Counted from the first letter of the stretch, positions 17,848-27,521 are shown. The stretch is 64,000 bases of DNA from Chthoniobacterales bacterium (GCA_038207335.1 JBBQZX010000024.1:27313-91312), one strand, 5' to 3'. Numbers and translations are program-made. The notes: a model not told the origin generated them from the letters alone.

Positions 17848-19449
17848 ATGACCCAGCCCGTCACCGCTCAAAAAATCAGCACCCGCGCCGCCGGGGTCGT
17901 CGGCCTCGCCGTCATGTGCAGCCGCGTCCTCGGCCTTGCGCGCGAAATCATCCTCAGCCGCCTCTTCGGCGCCGGCTTTGGCATGGACGCCTTCATCGCC
18001 GCCTTCCGCGTCCCAAATCTCCTTCGCGACCTCTTCGCCGAAGGCGCCCTCTCCACCGCATTCGTCACCACATTCTCCAAGCAAATCAAAACCGACGGGG
18101 ACGCCTCCGCGTGGCGGCTCGCCAATAAAATCGCCACCCTCGCCACCATCCTCCTCAGCCTCCTCACCCTCGCCGGCATCGCCTTCGCCCCGCAGCTCAT
18201 CGACTTCCTCGCGCACGGATTTTCCCCCGACAAAAAGGAACTCACCGTGACGCTCACGCGCATCATGTTCCCCTTCATCCTCATGGTCTCGCTCGCCGCG
18301 CTCGCCATGGGAATGCTCAACGCCAAGGACGTCTTCGGCATCCCCGCGATGGCCTCCAGTTTCTTCAATCTCGGCTCGATCATCGGCGGCATTTCCCTCG
18401 GCTGGTGGCTCGATCCGCACTTCGGACAACGCTCCCTCATCGGCCTCGCCATCGGTACACTCATCGGCGGCACGCTGCAGCTGCTCATGCAATTTCCCGC
18501 ACTTGCCCGCGTCGGATTTCGCTTCCGCCCCGATCTCGCGTGGCGCGATCCCGGCGTGCGGCAGGTCCTCCGCCTCATGGGCCCGGCCGTCATCGCGGCC
18601 AGCGCCGTCCAGGTGAACGTCATGATCAACGGCAACTTCGCCTCGATGCTCCCCGGCAACGGCCCCGTCAGCTGGCTTGGATACGCCTTCCGCCTCATGC
18701 AGCTCCCCCTGGGCATCTTTGGCGTCGCCATAGGCACCGTCACCCTCCCCCTCATCTCCCGTAGCGCCGCCGTCGGGAACACCGCCGAATTCCGCGCCAT
18801 CCTCGCCCGCGGCATGCGCCTCGCCTTCCTCCTCACCGTCCCCTCCACCATCGGCCTCATCTTCCTCGCGCGTCCTATCATCAGCATCATCTACGAAGGG
18901 CGCAAATTCTCGGCTTTCGACACCGACCAAACCGCCGCCGCACTGCAGTTCTACTCCGTAGGCCTCGTCGCATACTCCGGCATCAAAGTCCTCGCCCCCG
19001 CCTTCTACGCCATCGACAAGCGTAAAACGCCCATGCTCGTCAGCTTCGCCGCCATCGGCGTCAACCTCTTCCTCAACTGGCTCTTCACCTTCCACCTCCG
19101 CATGGGCCACCGCGGCCTCGCCCTCTCCACAGGCGGCGTCGCTCTCACAAATTTCGCCGCCCTCTACCTCCTCATGCGCCGCGAGACCAAGCGCCTCGAG
19201 TCCCGCCAGATGCTCGCCACCCTCGGAAAACTCCTCGTCGCAGGCGCGCTTCTCGGCGCGACCTGCTGGATCGCACAGGCCACGCTCCTGGCAGACTGGG
19301 CTCACTTTTCTTTCGTTAAAAAAGCCGCGTTTCTTTTCGTAACGATTACCACTGCTGCGAGCGTCTTCTTCGGCACCGCCACCGCCTTGAAAATCGAAGA
19401 ACTCGACGACATCCGCGCCCTCGCGATGCGGAAACTCAGGCGTCGGTAG
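17848..19449 (+). CDS. murJ: Lipid II flippase MurJ/MviN
   Basis: SRVLGLARE, AFRVPNLLRDLFAEGALSTAF, RLMQLPLGIFG; multi-TM. Confidence 0.95.
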   Translation: MTQPVTAQKISTRAAGVVGLAVMCSRVLGLAREIILSRLFGAGFGMDAFIAAFRVPNLLRDLFAEGALSTAFVTTFSKQIKTDGDASAWRLANKIATLATILLSLLTLAGIAFAPQLIDFLAHGFSPDKKELTVTLTRIMFPFILMVSLAALAMGMLNAKDVFGIPAMASSFFNLGSIIGGISLGWWLDPHFGQRSLIGLAIGTLIGGTLQLLMQFPALARVGFRFRPDLAWRDPGVRQVLRLMGPAVIAASAVQVNVMINGNFASMLPGNGPVSWLGYAFRLMQLPLGIFGVAIGTVTLPLISRSAAVGNTAEFRAILARGMRLAFLLTVPSTIGLIFLARPIISIIYEGRKFSAFDTDQTAAALQFYSVGLVAYSGIKVLAPAFYAIDKRKTPMLVSFAAIGVNLFLNWLFTFHLRMGHRGLALSTGGVALTNFAALYLLMRRETKRLESRQMLATLGKLLVAGALLGATCWIAQATLLADWAHFSFVKKAAFLFVTITTAASVFFGTATALKIEELDDIRALAMRKLRRR

Positions 19450-19498
19450 CGCAAACCTCCCGCTTGCGCATACAGCGCGAGCCTCCGGCTTGTGCTAC
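19446..19498. repeat. Inverted pair of GTAG-family REP-like palindromes (REPIN-like)
   Basis: GTAGCGCAAACCTCCCGCTTGCG on + and GTAGCACAAGCCGGAGGCTCGCG on -; the first GTAG overlaps the murJ stop. Confidence 0.6.
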
Positions 19499-19523
19499 AA
19501 CTCTCCACCAATAACTCGCACCC

Positions 19524-20060
19524 ATGAAGAAAGCCCTCCTCACACTCGTCGCCATCTGGATCGTCGCCGGCGGCATCATCTGGTGGGCGCGCGCCTCGAA
19601 GCCCTCGCCAGAATCCCTCGCCCGATACGTCGAGGCACATCCCCTCGCCTCCAGCGACCACGACAAGACGCTGCGCTACGTCGCCGAGCAGCTCAATGAA
19701 CTCGACTACGACCAGCGCCGCGAGATGCGCGTCGGAAAAAAGCTCGACCGATTTTTCAAACAGCTCACTCCCGACGAGCAGTCCCGTTTTCTCGATCTCA
19801 CGCTCCCCTCCGGGTTCAAGCAAATGATGGACGCCTTTAACAAAATGGAGCCCGAGAAGCGCAAGAAATTCGTCGAGAAAGCGCTCGCCGAAATGAAAGC
19901 GCATGAGGGGGAAGATCGCCCACCCGGTGCCGACGACGCAAACGCGCAAAAGATCGTCCAGCAGGGACTCCGCTCCTTTTACAGCGAAGCCAGCGCCGAT
20001 GTGAAACTGGACCTCTCCCCGCTCCTCGAGCAGATGCAGCGAAACCTGCAAGCCAGGTGA
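19524..20060 (+). CDS. Hypothetical exported/membrane-anchored helical protein
   Basis: N-terminal TM MKKALLTLVAIWIVAGGIIWW; charged helical body. Confidence 0.75.
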   Translation: MKKALLTLVAIWIVAGGIIWWARASKPSPESLARYVEAHPLASSDHDKTLRYVAEQLNELDYDQRREMRVGKKLDRFFKQLTPDEQSRFLDLTLPSGFKQMMDAFNKMEPEKRKKFVEKALAEMKAHEGEDRPPGADDANAQKIVQQGLRSFYSEASADVKLDLSPLLEQMQRNLQAR

Positions 20061-20181
20061 AGTTGAGAGTTTTTAGTTGAGCGCTTAGACCACGGAATCC
20101 ACCGACTTCCTCTATGACCGCCTTCTCCCATCAGCGCGGAGTGCTCCCCTCCTTCTCTCAACTCTCGGCTCCCAACTCTCA
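20061..20181. repeat. CTCAACT-type palindromic intergenic element
   Basis: AGTTGAGAGTTTTTAGTTGAGCG (20061-20083) can pair with CTCTCAACTCTC...CCAACTCTCA (20155-20181); near-identical reverse copy at 38719-38740. Confidence 0.55.
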
Positions 20182-20701
20182 TCCGCGCTCCCGCGCCTTC
20201 ACACTCATCGAGCTGCTCGTCGTTATCGGCATCATCGCCGTCCTTGCAGCGATCGCATTTCCCGTCACGCAGCGCATCGCAGCCGCCGCGAAAGCCACGG
20301 CCTGCGTCTCCAATTTGCGCCAGATCGGTGCCGCGCTAGGCGTCTATCTTTCTGAAAACAGCATGACCATGCCCGACCTCAAAGCCGGCCGCAAAATGCT
20401 CTCCGACGATGGCCCGGTGATCGACGACACGCTTGATCGCTACGTGAAAAACAAGGCCGTCTTCGCCTGTCCCGCCGACCCGCACTACGCGCGCGAATCG
20501 GGCACCAGCTACTACTGGAATACCGCCATCAACGGCCAGCACACCGGCGCACTCAACTTTTTCAAACTCAGCGACGAGCACAGCCACATCCCCATCCTCG
20601 CCGACAAGGAGGGCTTCCATCCCTACCTCGACACGAAAGTGAACATCCTCTACGCCGACGGCCACGCCTCAAAAGACATCAGCTTTGTCACCGGCCAATG
20701 A
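20114..20701 (+). CDS. Prepilin-type N-terminal cleavage protein with C-terminal H-X(n)-DG motif (DUF1559-like PVC family)
   Basis: RAFTLIELLVVIGIIAVLAAI; CVSNLRQIG; FACPAD; H...VNILYADGH. Confidence 0.88.
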   Translation: MTAFSHQRGVLPSFSQLSAPNSHPRSRAFTLIELLVVIGIIAVLAAIAFPVTQRIAAAAKATACVSNLRQIGAALGVYLSENSMTMPDLKAGRKMLSDDGPVIDDTLDRYVKNKAVFACPADPHYARESGTSYYWNTAINGQHTGALNFFKLSDEHSHIPILADKEGFHPYLDTKVNILYADGHASKDISFVTGQ

Positions 20702-20746
20702 GCCGTTGACGAACTCTGCCCTGCAACGAGCGGAGTTATTGGTCGA

Positions 20747-21148
20747 TCAATTCTGTGGAACAGGATCGCATTTTTCCGCGATCACGTATGCCACCGCTTG
20801 GTGGTCCGTGTGAGTGAGGCTAAGGTGGATTCGAATGATGCCTAGCCGCTTTGCGAGTTCGCTGGCACCGGCATGGAGCAGGATTAAAGGCGCGCCGTTT
20901 TCCCTCCGCTGCACCTCAATATCGCGAAAGCCGAAGCCTGCGCCGATGCCGGTTCCGAATGCTTTCGAGACGGCTTCCTTCGCCGCGAAACGTGCGGCGA
21001 AGTGCGGTCCGGGGGCGCTCATTTTTTCGCAATAGGCGCGCTCGTCCGCGGTGAATACGCGTTCCAGAAATGCCTCTCCGAGTCGCGTGATGCTGCTCTC
21101 GATACGCGCAACCTCCACGAGATCGACGCCGATACCGGCGATGCTCAC
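20747..21148 (-). CDS. acpS: Holo-[acyl-carrier-protein] synthase
   Basis: GIGVDLV, FAAKEAVSKAFGTG, SLTHT. Confidence 0.95.
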   Translation of the reverse strand: MSIAGIGVDLVEVARIESSITRLGEAFLERVFTADERAYCEKMSAPGPHFAARFAAKEAVSKAFGTGIGAGFGFRDIEVQRRENGAPLILLHAGASELAKRLGIIRIHLSLTHTDHQAVAYVIAEKCDPVPQN

Positions 21149-21876
21149 GGCTGCATGAGCGCGAGCATTTCCGCGACCGCGGTCTCGAGTCCGACAACGG
21201 TCGATCGCGCGACGATCGAGTGGCCGATGTTCAGCTCGACGAGATGCGGGACCGCGACGATTTGGCGGATGTTCGTGAAGTTGATGCCGTGCCCGGCATT
21301 GACTTGCAGGCCGAGATCGGTGGCGCGTTCGGCGGCGGCGCGGATGCGGCTGAGCTCGACGATCTGAGCCGGACCCTCGGCATTTGCGAACGCCCCCGTG
21401 TGCAGCTCGACGATTTGCGCGCCGAGCGTTTTGGCTGCGAGAATTTGCTCCGGCGCGGGCTCTATGAAGAGGCTCACACGAATGCCCGCCGCTTGCAGGC
21501 GCGCGACGGTCGGGGTGAGTGGAATGAGCTGCGCGGCGGCATTCAGCCCGCCTTCGGTGGTGATTTCAGCGCGGTTCTCAGGCACGAGGCAGACTTCCTC
21601 TGGCAGCAGTTGCAGCGCGATATCGACGATCTCCGGCGTGTTGCCCATCTCGAGGTTCATCTTCGTCATGAGGCTCTCGCGCAGGCGGAACACATCGCGA
21701 TCCTGAATGTGACGTCGATCCGCACGAAGATGGACGGTGATGCCATTCGCACCCGCGCGCTCGCACGCCGAAGCTGCCGCGATCAAGTCTGGCTCAACAT
21801 TCGCAGCCTCCGGTGTGCCTGCGTAACGTGCCTGCCGCAGCGTGGCGATATGGTCGATATTAACGCCTAAAAACAT
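21145..21876 (-). CDS. pdxJ: Pyridoxine 5'-phosphate synthase
   Basis: LGVNIDHIATLRQAR, HLRADRRHIQ, TTEGGL, ELHTG, NAGHG, ELNIGHS. Confidence 0.97.
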   Translation of the reverse strand: MFLGVNIDHIATLRQARYAGTPEAANVEPDLIAAASACERAGANGITVHLRADRRHIQDRDVFRLRESLMTKMNLEMGNTPEIVDIALQLLPEEVCLVPENRAEITTEGGLNAAAQLIPLTPTVARLQAAGIRVSLFIEPAPEQILAAKTLGAQIVELHTGAFANAEGPAQIVELSRIRAAAERATDLGLQVNAGHGINFTNIRQIVAVPHLVELNIGHSIVARSTVVGLETAVAEMLALMQP

Positions 21877-21890
21877 GAGACAGTTTTTTT

Positions 21891-21964
21891 ACCACCAAGA
21901 CACTAAGGCGCGGAGGGGAATCGAGGAATCCAGAATGCCTCTTCCTCTTCGTTGCTTCGTGGTT
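21891..21964. repeat. Degenerate inverted repeat ACCAC(C/G)AAG...CTTCGTGGT between purH and pdxJ
   Basis: ACCACCAAGACACTAAG versus CTTCGTTGCTTCGTGGTT. Confidence 0.45.
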
Positions 21965-21974
21965 CGCTCTCCCG

Positions 21975-23513
21975 TCAATGTTTGAAATGCCGGATGCCGG
22001 TGCAGATCATCGTCATGTTTCGCTCGTTGGCGGCAGCGATGACTTCGGCATCCTTGACCGAGCCGCCGGGCTGTATGGCGGACGTGGCGCCCGCTTCGGC
22101 GGCGGCGATGAGGCCGTCTGGAAATGGGAAGAACGCGTCGCTGCCGACCGCGCTTCCTTTCAAGGAGAGACCCGCATCGGCGGCTTTCCAGATGGCGATG
22201 CGCGAGGAATCAACTCGCGACATTTGCCCCGCGCCGATGCCGAGCGTGCGGTCGCGGCCGGCATAGACGATTGCGTTGGATTTCACATGCTTCACCACGC
22301 GCCACGCAAAAAGCATCGCGGCCATTTCCTCCGCACCGGGCTTGCGATCGGTGACTACTTTTTCCGCGAAATCCACCGCCGGCTCGATATCCGCACTCTG
22401 CACGAGCACGCCACCGATGACGCGCCGGATTTGCATCTCCGCTGAGTCGCCGGGCTTCGGCAGCGGTCGCGCGAGCTTCCGCATGAGCCGCAGGTTTTTC
22501 TTTTTCTGCAAAAGCGCACGCGCATCCGGCTCGAAGTCCGGCGCGATGATCACCTCGCTGAAAATCTCGCTAATCGCCTTCGCAAGCGACTCGGTAAGCG
22601 GGCGATTGCAAATGATGATGCCGCCGAATGGCGCCTGCTTGTCGGTCGCGAACGCCTTGTTCCATGCCTCACGGAGGTCTTCGTCGCTGCCGACGCCGCA
22701 TGGGTTCGTATGCTTCAAAATCGCGACGGTCGGCGCGTCGAATTCCTCGATCAGTTCGGAAGCGGCGGTGATGTCGAGGATGTTGTTATACGAGAGTTCC
22801 TTGCCGTGAAGCTTCGTGAAATGGTCGTCGAAACTGCCGTAGAGCGCCGCGGCTTGGTGAGGATTTTCACCGTAGCGCAGCCGAGAGACGATCGGCAGCG
22901 AGAGATTGAAGGAACATGACGTCTCCTGCTCCTTGTTAAGGTAATTCGCGATCGCGCCGTCGTAACGCGAAGTGGTGACGAAGACTTTGATGCCGAGCCG
23001 CTCGCGAAGTTTTAGCGTGGTCGCGCCGTCGTTGTCGCGCATCTGCTCGAGCACGTCCGCGTAGTCCGCCGGGTCCACGACGACGGTGACGGAGCGGTAG
23101 TTTTTCGCCGCGCTGCGGAGCATTGAGGGTCCGCCGATATCGATCTGCTCGATCGCCTCCTCGAGCGTCGTTTCCTTGCGCGCGACTGTTTTCTCGAAGG
23201 GGTAAAGATTTACCACCACGAGATCGATCGGCGTGATGCCGTGCGCCTCCGCCTGCGCGCAGTGGTCGGGGTTGTCGCGCACGAAAAGGAGGCCGCCGTG
23301 GACTTTTGGGTGCAGCGTTTTCACGCGTCCATCGAGCATCTCGGGGAAACCGGTGAACTCGGAAATCTCGGTACTGGCGACTCCCTCCTTTTTCAAAAGA
23401 GACGCCGTCCCGCCCGTGGAGATGATTTCGACACCCATTGCGACGAGTTCGCGGGCAAATTCCACTAGGCCGGTTTTGTCTGAAACGGAGATCAACGCAC
23501 GCTGGATTTTCAT
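21975..23513 (-). CDS. purH: Bifunctional AICAR transformylase/IMP cyclohydrolase
   Basis: [47 protein letters not shown]. Confidence 0.98.
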   Translation of the reverse strand: MKIQRALISVSDKTGLVEFARELVAMGVEIISTGGTASLLKKEGVASTEISEFTGFPEMLDGRVKTLHPKVHGGLLFVRDNPDHCAQAEAHGITPIDLVVVNLYPFEKTVARKETTLEEAIEQIDIGGPSMLRSAAKNYRSVTVVVDPADYADVLEQMRDNDGATTLKLRERLGIKVFVTTSRYDGAIANYLNKEQETSCSFNLSLPIVSRLRYGENPHQAAALYGSFDDHFTKLHGKELSYNNILDITAASELIEEFDAPTVAILKHTNPCGVGSDEDLREAWNKAFATDKQAPFGGIIICNRPLTESLAKAISEIFSEVIIAPDFEPDARALLQKKKNLRLMRKLARPLPKPGDSAEMQIRRVIGGVLVQSADIEPAVDFAEKVVTDRKPGAEEMAAMLFAWRVVKHVKSNAIVYAGRDRTLGIGAGQMSRVDSSRIAIWKAADAGLSLKGSAVGSDAFFPFPDGLIAAAEAGATSAIQPGGSVKDAEVIAAANERNMTMICTGIRHFKH

Positions 23514-23595
23514 CGGGCGCGGAGGCTAGGTGCGAGGTGAGGAGCGGTCAATCGGAGCGTTCCCTCAAAGTGCCGACACTCGCCGCGGAGTCCGT

Positions 23596-23634
23596 ACAAA
23601 ATGAACCGCACGGCCACCCAAAGCCGTGCGGTTC
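23596..23634 (-). terminator. Rho-independent terminator-like hairpin (3' end of a candidate small RNA)
   Basis: Perfect 12-bp stem GAACCGCACGGC/GCCGTGCGGTTC, 8-nt loop, followed by ATTTTGT on the minus strand. Confidence 0.7.
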
Positions 23635-23788
23635 TAACCCAACAACACAAACACCTGCCAATATCCTACGCCGTGTTTCGGCATCCGCAAATCGGCGAAG
23701 CGATTTTTCCGCCTCGCGACAAGAAAATATTTTCGCGCCGTCACCGGTCGGAGCCGAAAGCCGGAGATCCACCGCAAACCGCGCCGGA

Positions 23789-24106
23789 TCAGGAGTATTT
23801 GACCTGTTTCCCAGGCTCCATCTCGTAGTGGAGCGTCAGGCGCTCAGCGGTGCCAGCTTTCACCACTTCGGCGACGAATTTCATGTAGATCGCATCGTCC
23901 TCGACCACTGCGCGCTTTTCCATCGATTCAAACTCGAGCGCGATAAAAAAAGGCCACTCGGTGTGAGCGTCGATCGTCTTGCCACATTTCACGCTGAGCA
24001 CCTCTGGGATTTTTAGAAGGCTCATGCGCGTGGTCATCATCATCTCCTCGATCTTCGCAGGCGTTGTCTCGGGCTTAAGTTTAAAGAGCGTGATTTGCTG
24101 GACCAT
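23789..24106 (-). CDS. Dabb / stress-responsive A/B barrel protein
   Basis: VQQITLFKLK...LKIPEVLSV.CG...LEFES pattern; 105 aa. Confidence 0.7.
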   Translation of the reverse strand: MVQQITLFKLKPETTPAKIEEMMMTTRMSLLKIPEVLSVKCGKTIDAHTEWPFFIALEFESMEKRAVVEDDAIYMKFVAEVVKAGTAERLTLHYEMEPGKQVKYS

Positions 24107-24252
24107 CGGACGGAGCTTCTAGTTTTTGAAAAAGCGGTAGGCAATCGGATTCCGACGCACCTGAGATTGAACGCGAGCGATGCCGATAGCAATCGGGCGG
24201 AGCTCCGAAGTCAGGCGCGGCGCCCGCAAATGCGCAGTCAAGTTCGAGAGAA

Positions 24253-24624
24253 CTACTTTTTCCAGTCCAGCGCGCCTTTCATGATCGCGTAGACGTATCC
24301 GACCGTGATCACGGCGACAAAGCCGAGCATGCTCCAGAAAATCGATGGGCCGTGCAGCGCGATGAATTCGCGAAAAACGACGGCCCAAGAATACATGAAG
24401 ACGATCTCGATATCGAAGAGGATGAAGAGCATCGCCACGAGGTAGAATTTCACGCTGAACCGCGGCTGCGCCTCGCCGATCGGCAGCATTCCGCACTCGT
24501 ACGCGGAGTCTTTGGTCGGGTTGCTGCGCGCGGACTTGCCCAGCACGACGCTAGCGATGAGCGCGGAGGCTGCAAAGCCGATGGCAACGATGACTTGGAG
24601 GAGGATCGGGAGATAGTCTTGCAT
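24253..24624 (-). CDS. nuoA: NADH-quinone oxidoreductase subunit A
   Basis: YECG, FSVKFYLVAMLFILFDIE, KGALDW. Confidence 0.96.
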   Translation of the reverse strand: MQDYLPILLQVIVAIGFAASALIASVVLGKSARSNPTKDSAYECGMLPIGEAQPRFSVKFYLVAMLFILFDIEIVFMYSWAVVFREFIALHGPSIFWSMLGFVAVITVGYVYAIMKGALDWKK

Positions 24625-24654
24625 CTGAATTTTGGAAAAATGGAGCGGTGAGAA

Positions 24655-24972
24655 TTAGGCAACGGGCGCGCGGGGCGGGAGTGGAGTGGGTGTGGTTTCG
24701 AGCGTGGCGAGCTGTTTTGGGATGCCTTTATACTTCTTCTGATCCTTCTTTACCATGCCGCGCGAGACGAGGTTTTGCAGCTTTTCATAAGCACGCAGCC
24801 GCAGCATTTCCTCCCCGCCGCTCGCAGCCTTGCGAGCCTTGAGCTTCGCATAGACGACATCGAACAAATCCTTGAACTCGAACGTGGTGCGCGAGGACAG
24901 CGCGGCGGCGAGTTCCTCCGTGACAAGGTCCGGCAGACGCCGGGCAAACGCGGTCTTCTGGTGGATGGACAT
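24655..24972 (-). CDS. Small basic hypothetical protein, possible winged-helix DNA-binding protein
   Basis: 105 aa, Lys/Arg-rich; helix-helix-wing-like LRLRAYEKLQNLVSRGMVKK...KYKG. Confidence 0.7.
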   Translation of the reverse strand: MSIHQKTAFARRLPDLVTEELAAALSSRTTFEFKDLFDVVYAKLKARKAASGGEEMLRLRAYEKLQNLVSRGMVKKDQKKYKGIPKQLATLETTPTPLPPRAPVA

Positions 24973-25055
24973 AAGGGCGGCTCAAGTAGCAGAACGCCTG
25001 AATTTTGGCAGCGAAAAAACGGGCGCCTCGCGAAAATATCCACGCCCTCAGACGA

Positions 25056-26891
25056 CTAATTCTCCGGTGTCGGCTCCGGCGCAGCGGGCGGCGCGGGTTG
25101 AGCAGGCGGCGGCGGAATGGGTGCGGTTTGGGGCGGTGTGAGATTGAGCAGTTTGGCAGGGTCTAGCGCAGCAGCTTCGATGTTTTGCAAGTTTGGCAGC
25201 GCCGCGCGGATTGCACCGCCGACGGCAGCGACGAGCACTTGATTAATGGTGAGCGTGCCGGTCGATTCCAACAGCGTGCCGGTCGCTGTCGTGGATTGCG
25301 ACATGACGATCGGGCCGAGGTGCTTGGTAAAAGTCTCGGTGCTCGGCAATTTGCCGCCATCGATCCACTCGCCCGCGACGGGAGCGAAGGCGAGCGACAT
25401 GATGATGAACGGACGGAAAGTGCCGTAAGCCCGTTCGAAAAGGCCGCGCAAATCGAGGTAGGCAAATGAGCTCGTCGCCGGTGCGACCGTTTTTTCCGCG
25501 GTCAAAAATGGCGCGCTGCTGCCCAGATTTGCCTCGCCGGATTTCAGTTTCGTTTCGGCGAGCGCAACCGAATCCGCGCTGAATCCTGCGATCAAAAACC
25601 GATCGGTCAGCGCAAACGTCGGTGAGATGAGTCCCAGCCCTTCAGCCGGCGCCGAGTAAGTGATGGCACCATCGGTCTCCGTTTTTGTCCACGCCGGTGA
25701 GCCCGGAAGTGGGCCGGTCAGCACGTCGGTGAATGCGCGCGCTTTTACCGCGTCGCGCACGTCGAGGGTGAGGACAAATGACGGCTGCATCAGACCCTGC
25801 GGCCAGTCCATCGCCGCGCCGAATTCCGGGCCAAATGCCTGATTCCAATCGGAAAACGAGAGCCCGTGTGCCGCGAGGGATTTCTGCATCGGCGCGATAT
25901 TTGGCAGCACGAGCGTCAGGGCAGCCGTCGCGGAATCTGGCAGCTCGATGGTCGCCGGGAGCGCGGTTGCGAATAATAAAAGCGTCGCAGACGAGGTGAG
26001 CGAGAGCGCGTGGCGGGCGAGCGGCGGCTCGGCTTTATTGTCCGTGCTGAGGATGAAAATCGTGTCGCGGAAATCGGCGCCGTCGAGTTTCGTCGAGGCG
26101 GCAATTGCCTTTGTCTTCTTCAAGTCGGCGAGCTGCTTCCCATCGAGCGACTGCCCGCTCGCGAGCATCAGCGCAGTTACGCGCTCCATGACCTGACCAA
26201 GCTGCGCGACGATGAGCGCATCGCGATCCGCGGGCAACGGCGCAGTCGCTTCGACGAAGCCCGGCGCAGTCGCGAGGCCGCCTGCCGATGCTCCGTTTTT
26301 GCCATCGTACCGATCGAGCGTCTGCTCAAGCAGCGCCAGATCGTTTCCGAAAAAATACCAGTCATCGCGGAAGACGCCTGCGGCCACGGCATCTTTGTCG
26401 GTGAAAGATTCGATCTCCGCCGCGCCGTAGTTCACCAGCTCCGCGCGCCCCGCCGGACGCGCCGATTTCAACGCCGCCCACGGCTGCTCGAGCAACCGCT
26501 CGACCTCCCGCCGACTCCCGCCAAACGAGAACCCCGCGACGAAACGAGGCTCCGGTCCATCGATCGACGTGACCGTCAAAAACGCCTCGCCGGGCGACAA
26601 ATTGTGCAGAGTCTCAAATTGAGCCATCCACGGCGAATCGCCCGCCATTTTCGCCATCGGCTTTTCGAGAAAAGCCTTCATCTCGGGCTCGCGCAAAAGT
26701 TGTGCGAGCGACGTGAGCTTCCACCGCTCCGCAGTCCGCGGGATGCTCGGGATCTGAGCGAATAGAATCGCGTCCGCCGGTGCCAATTCCGCCCCGCGCG
26801 CCACGTGCGGCGCGCGTGTCCGGCGCCAATAAATACCCGCCGGCACGGCGAGCGCGGCGAAGACGATGAGAGCGAGCAGCAGCTTTTTCAT
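25056..26891 (-). CDS. Hypothetical membrane-anchored periplasmic protein (DUF3352-like)
   Basis: N-terminal TM after MKKLLLA; Pro-rich tail; 611 aa. Confidence 0.7.
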   Translation of the reverse strand: MKKLLLALIVFAALAVPAGIYWRRTRAPHVARGAELAPADAILFAQIPSIPRTAERWKLTSLAQLLREPEMKAFLEKPMAKMAGDSPWMAQFETLHNLSPGEAFLTVTSIDGPEPRFVAGFSFGGSRREVERLLEQPWAALKSARPAGRAELVNYGAAEIESFTDKDAVAAGVFRDDWYFFGNDLALLEQTLDRYDGKNGASAGGLATAPGFVEATAPLPADRDALIVAQLGQVMERVTALMLASGQSLDGKQLADLKKTKAIAASTKLDGADFRDTIFILSTDNKAEPPLARHALSLTSSATLLLFATALPATIELPDSATAALTLVLPNIAPMQKSLAAHGLSFSDWNQAFGPEFGAAMDWPQGLMQPSFVLTLDVRDAVKARAFTDVLTGPLPGSPAWTKTETDGAITYSAPAEGLGLISPTFALTDRFLIAGFSADSVALAETKLKSGEANLGSSAPFLTAEKTVAPATSSFAYLDLRGLFERAYGTFRPFIIMSLAFAPVAGEWIDGGKLPSTETFTKHLGPIVMSQSTTATGTLLESTGTLTINQVLVAAVGGAIRAALPNLQNIEAAALDPAKLLNLTPPQTAPIPPPPAQPAPPAAPEPTPEN

Positions 26892-26923
26892 AAATGCCAA
26901 ATCCTCACGGAGCACTCTCTCCA

Positions 26924-26951
26924 TTCAAAATTCAAAATCCAAAATTCACAT
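26924..26951. repeat. Heptamer tandem repeat TTCAAAA-TTCAAAA-TCCAAAA-TTCACAT
   Basis: Read directly; AT-rich intergenic patch. Confidence 0.7.
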
Positions 26952-27521
26952 TTATTCCTCATACACGCCCGCCGCCCTCCACCCTGCCGCGCTCACTTCG
27001 AATACCTCGACGCTCACCGGGAACGGCGTGGCGCGATATGCCTCAAAAACCATCGGCGAGAATTCGTCGTAGTGGCTCGCGAGCTTCGGGAAAATGAACG
27101 CCTTGTAGCGGCTCGGCACGACGACCAGCAGCTTGTCGCCGAGCGTGTCTTTGAAGAGATCGAGGAACTTCGCCGCGAACACCGCGCTTCCCACGATCGG
27201 CTGATCGGAGCTCAGCGTCGCGTATTCGATCACCTGTTTTTTGTCGCGGACATAGACGGGCGTCATCGTCGCGAGATCGGCATCCGCATTCATCCGCGCC
27301 TTTGCCAGAAAGGCTTTCCAGCCGGCCTTTACCTCGTCGAACTGCGCGCGCAGCAGATACGCGTCCCCCTTTTCATCCCGAATCCCCGCCGCGATCTCCG
27401 TCCGCTCCGAGCCCGGAATCGGCGCGGTCACCGCCGCGTGCATGAATTTCGGCTCGAGCCACACGCGCCATTCCGAATCATCCGCCCGCGCCGCGGCCGC
27501 CGCGAAGAGCGCAACTGCCAC
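26952..27521 (-). CDS. Hypothetical exported protein (start uncertain)
   Basis: Signal-like VAVALFAAAAARA-DD followed by ~175 aa of globular sequence. Confidence 0.6.
   Translation of the reverse strand: MAVALFAAAAARADDSEWRVWLEPKFMHAAVTAPIPGSERTEIAAGIRDEKGDAYLLRAQFDEVKAGWKAFLAKARMNADADLATMTPVYVRDKKQVIEYATLSSDQPIVGSAVFAAKFLDLFKDTLGDKLLVVVPSRYKAFIFPKLASHYDEFSPMVFEAYRATPFPVSVEVFEVSAAGWRAAGVYEE

Noticed and set aside
23514..23788. ZMP/ZTP (pfl) riboswitch upstream of purH
   Set aside because: Only a partial GTGACGGCG resemblance; the conserved GACUGGCG...CGCCUGGGC pseudoknot elements are not present
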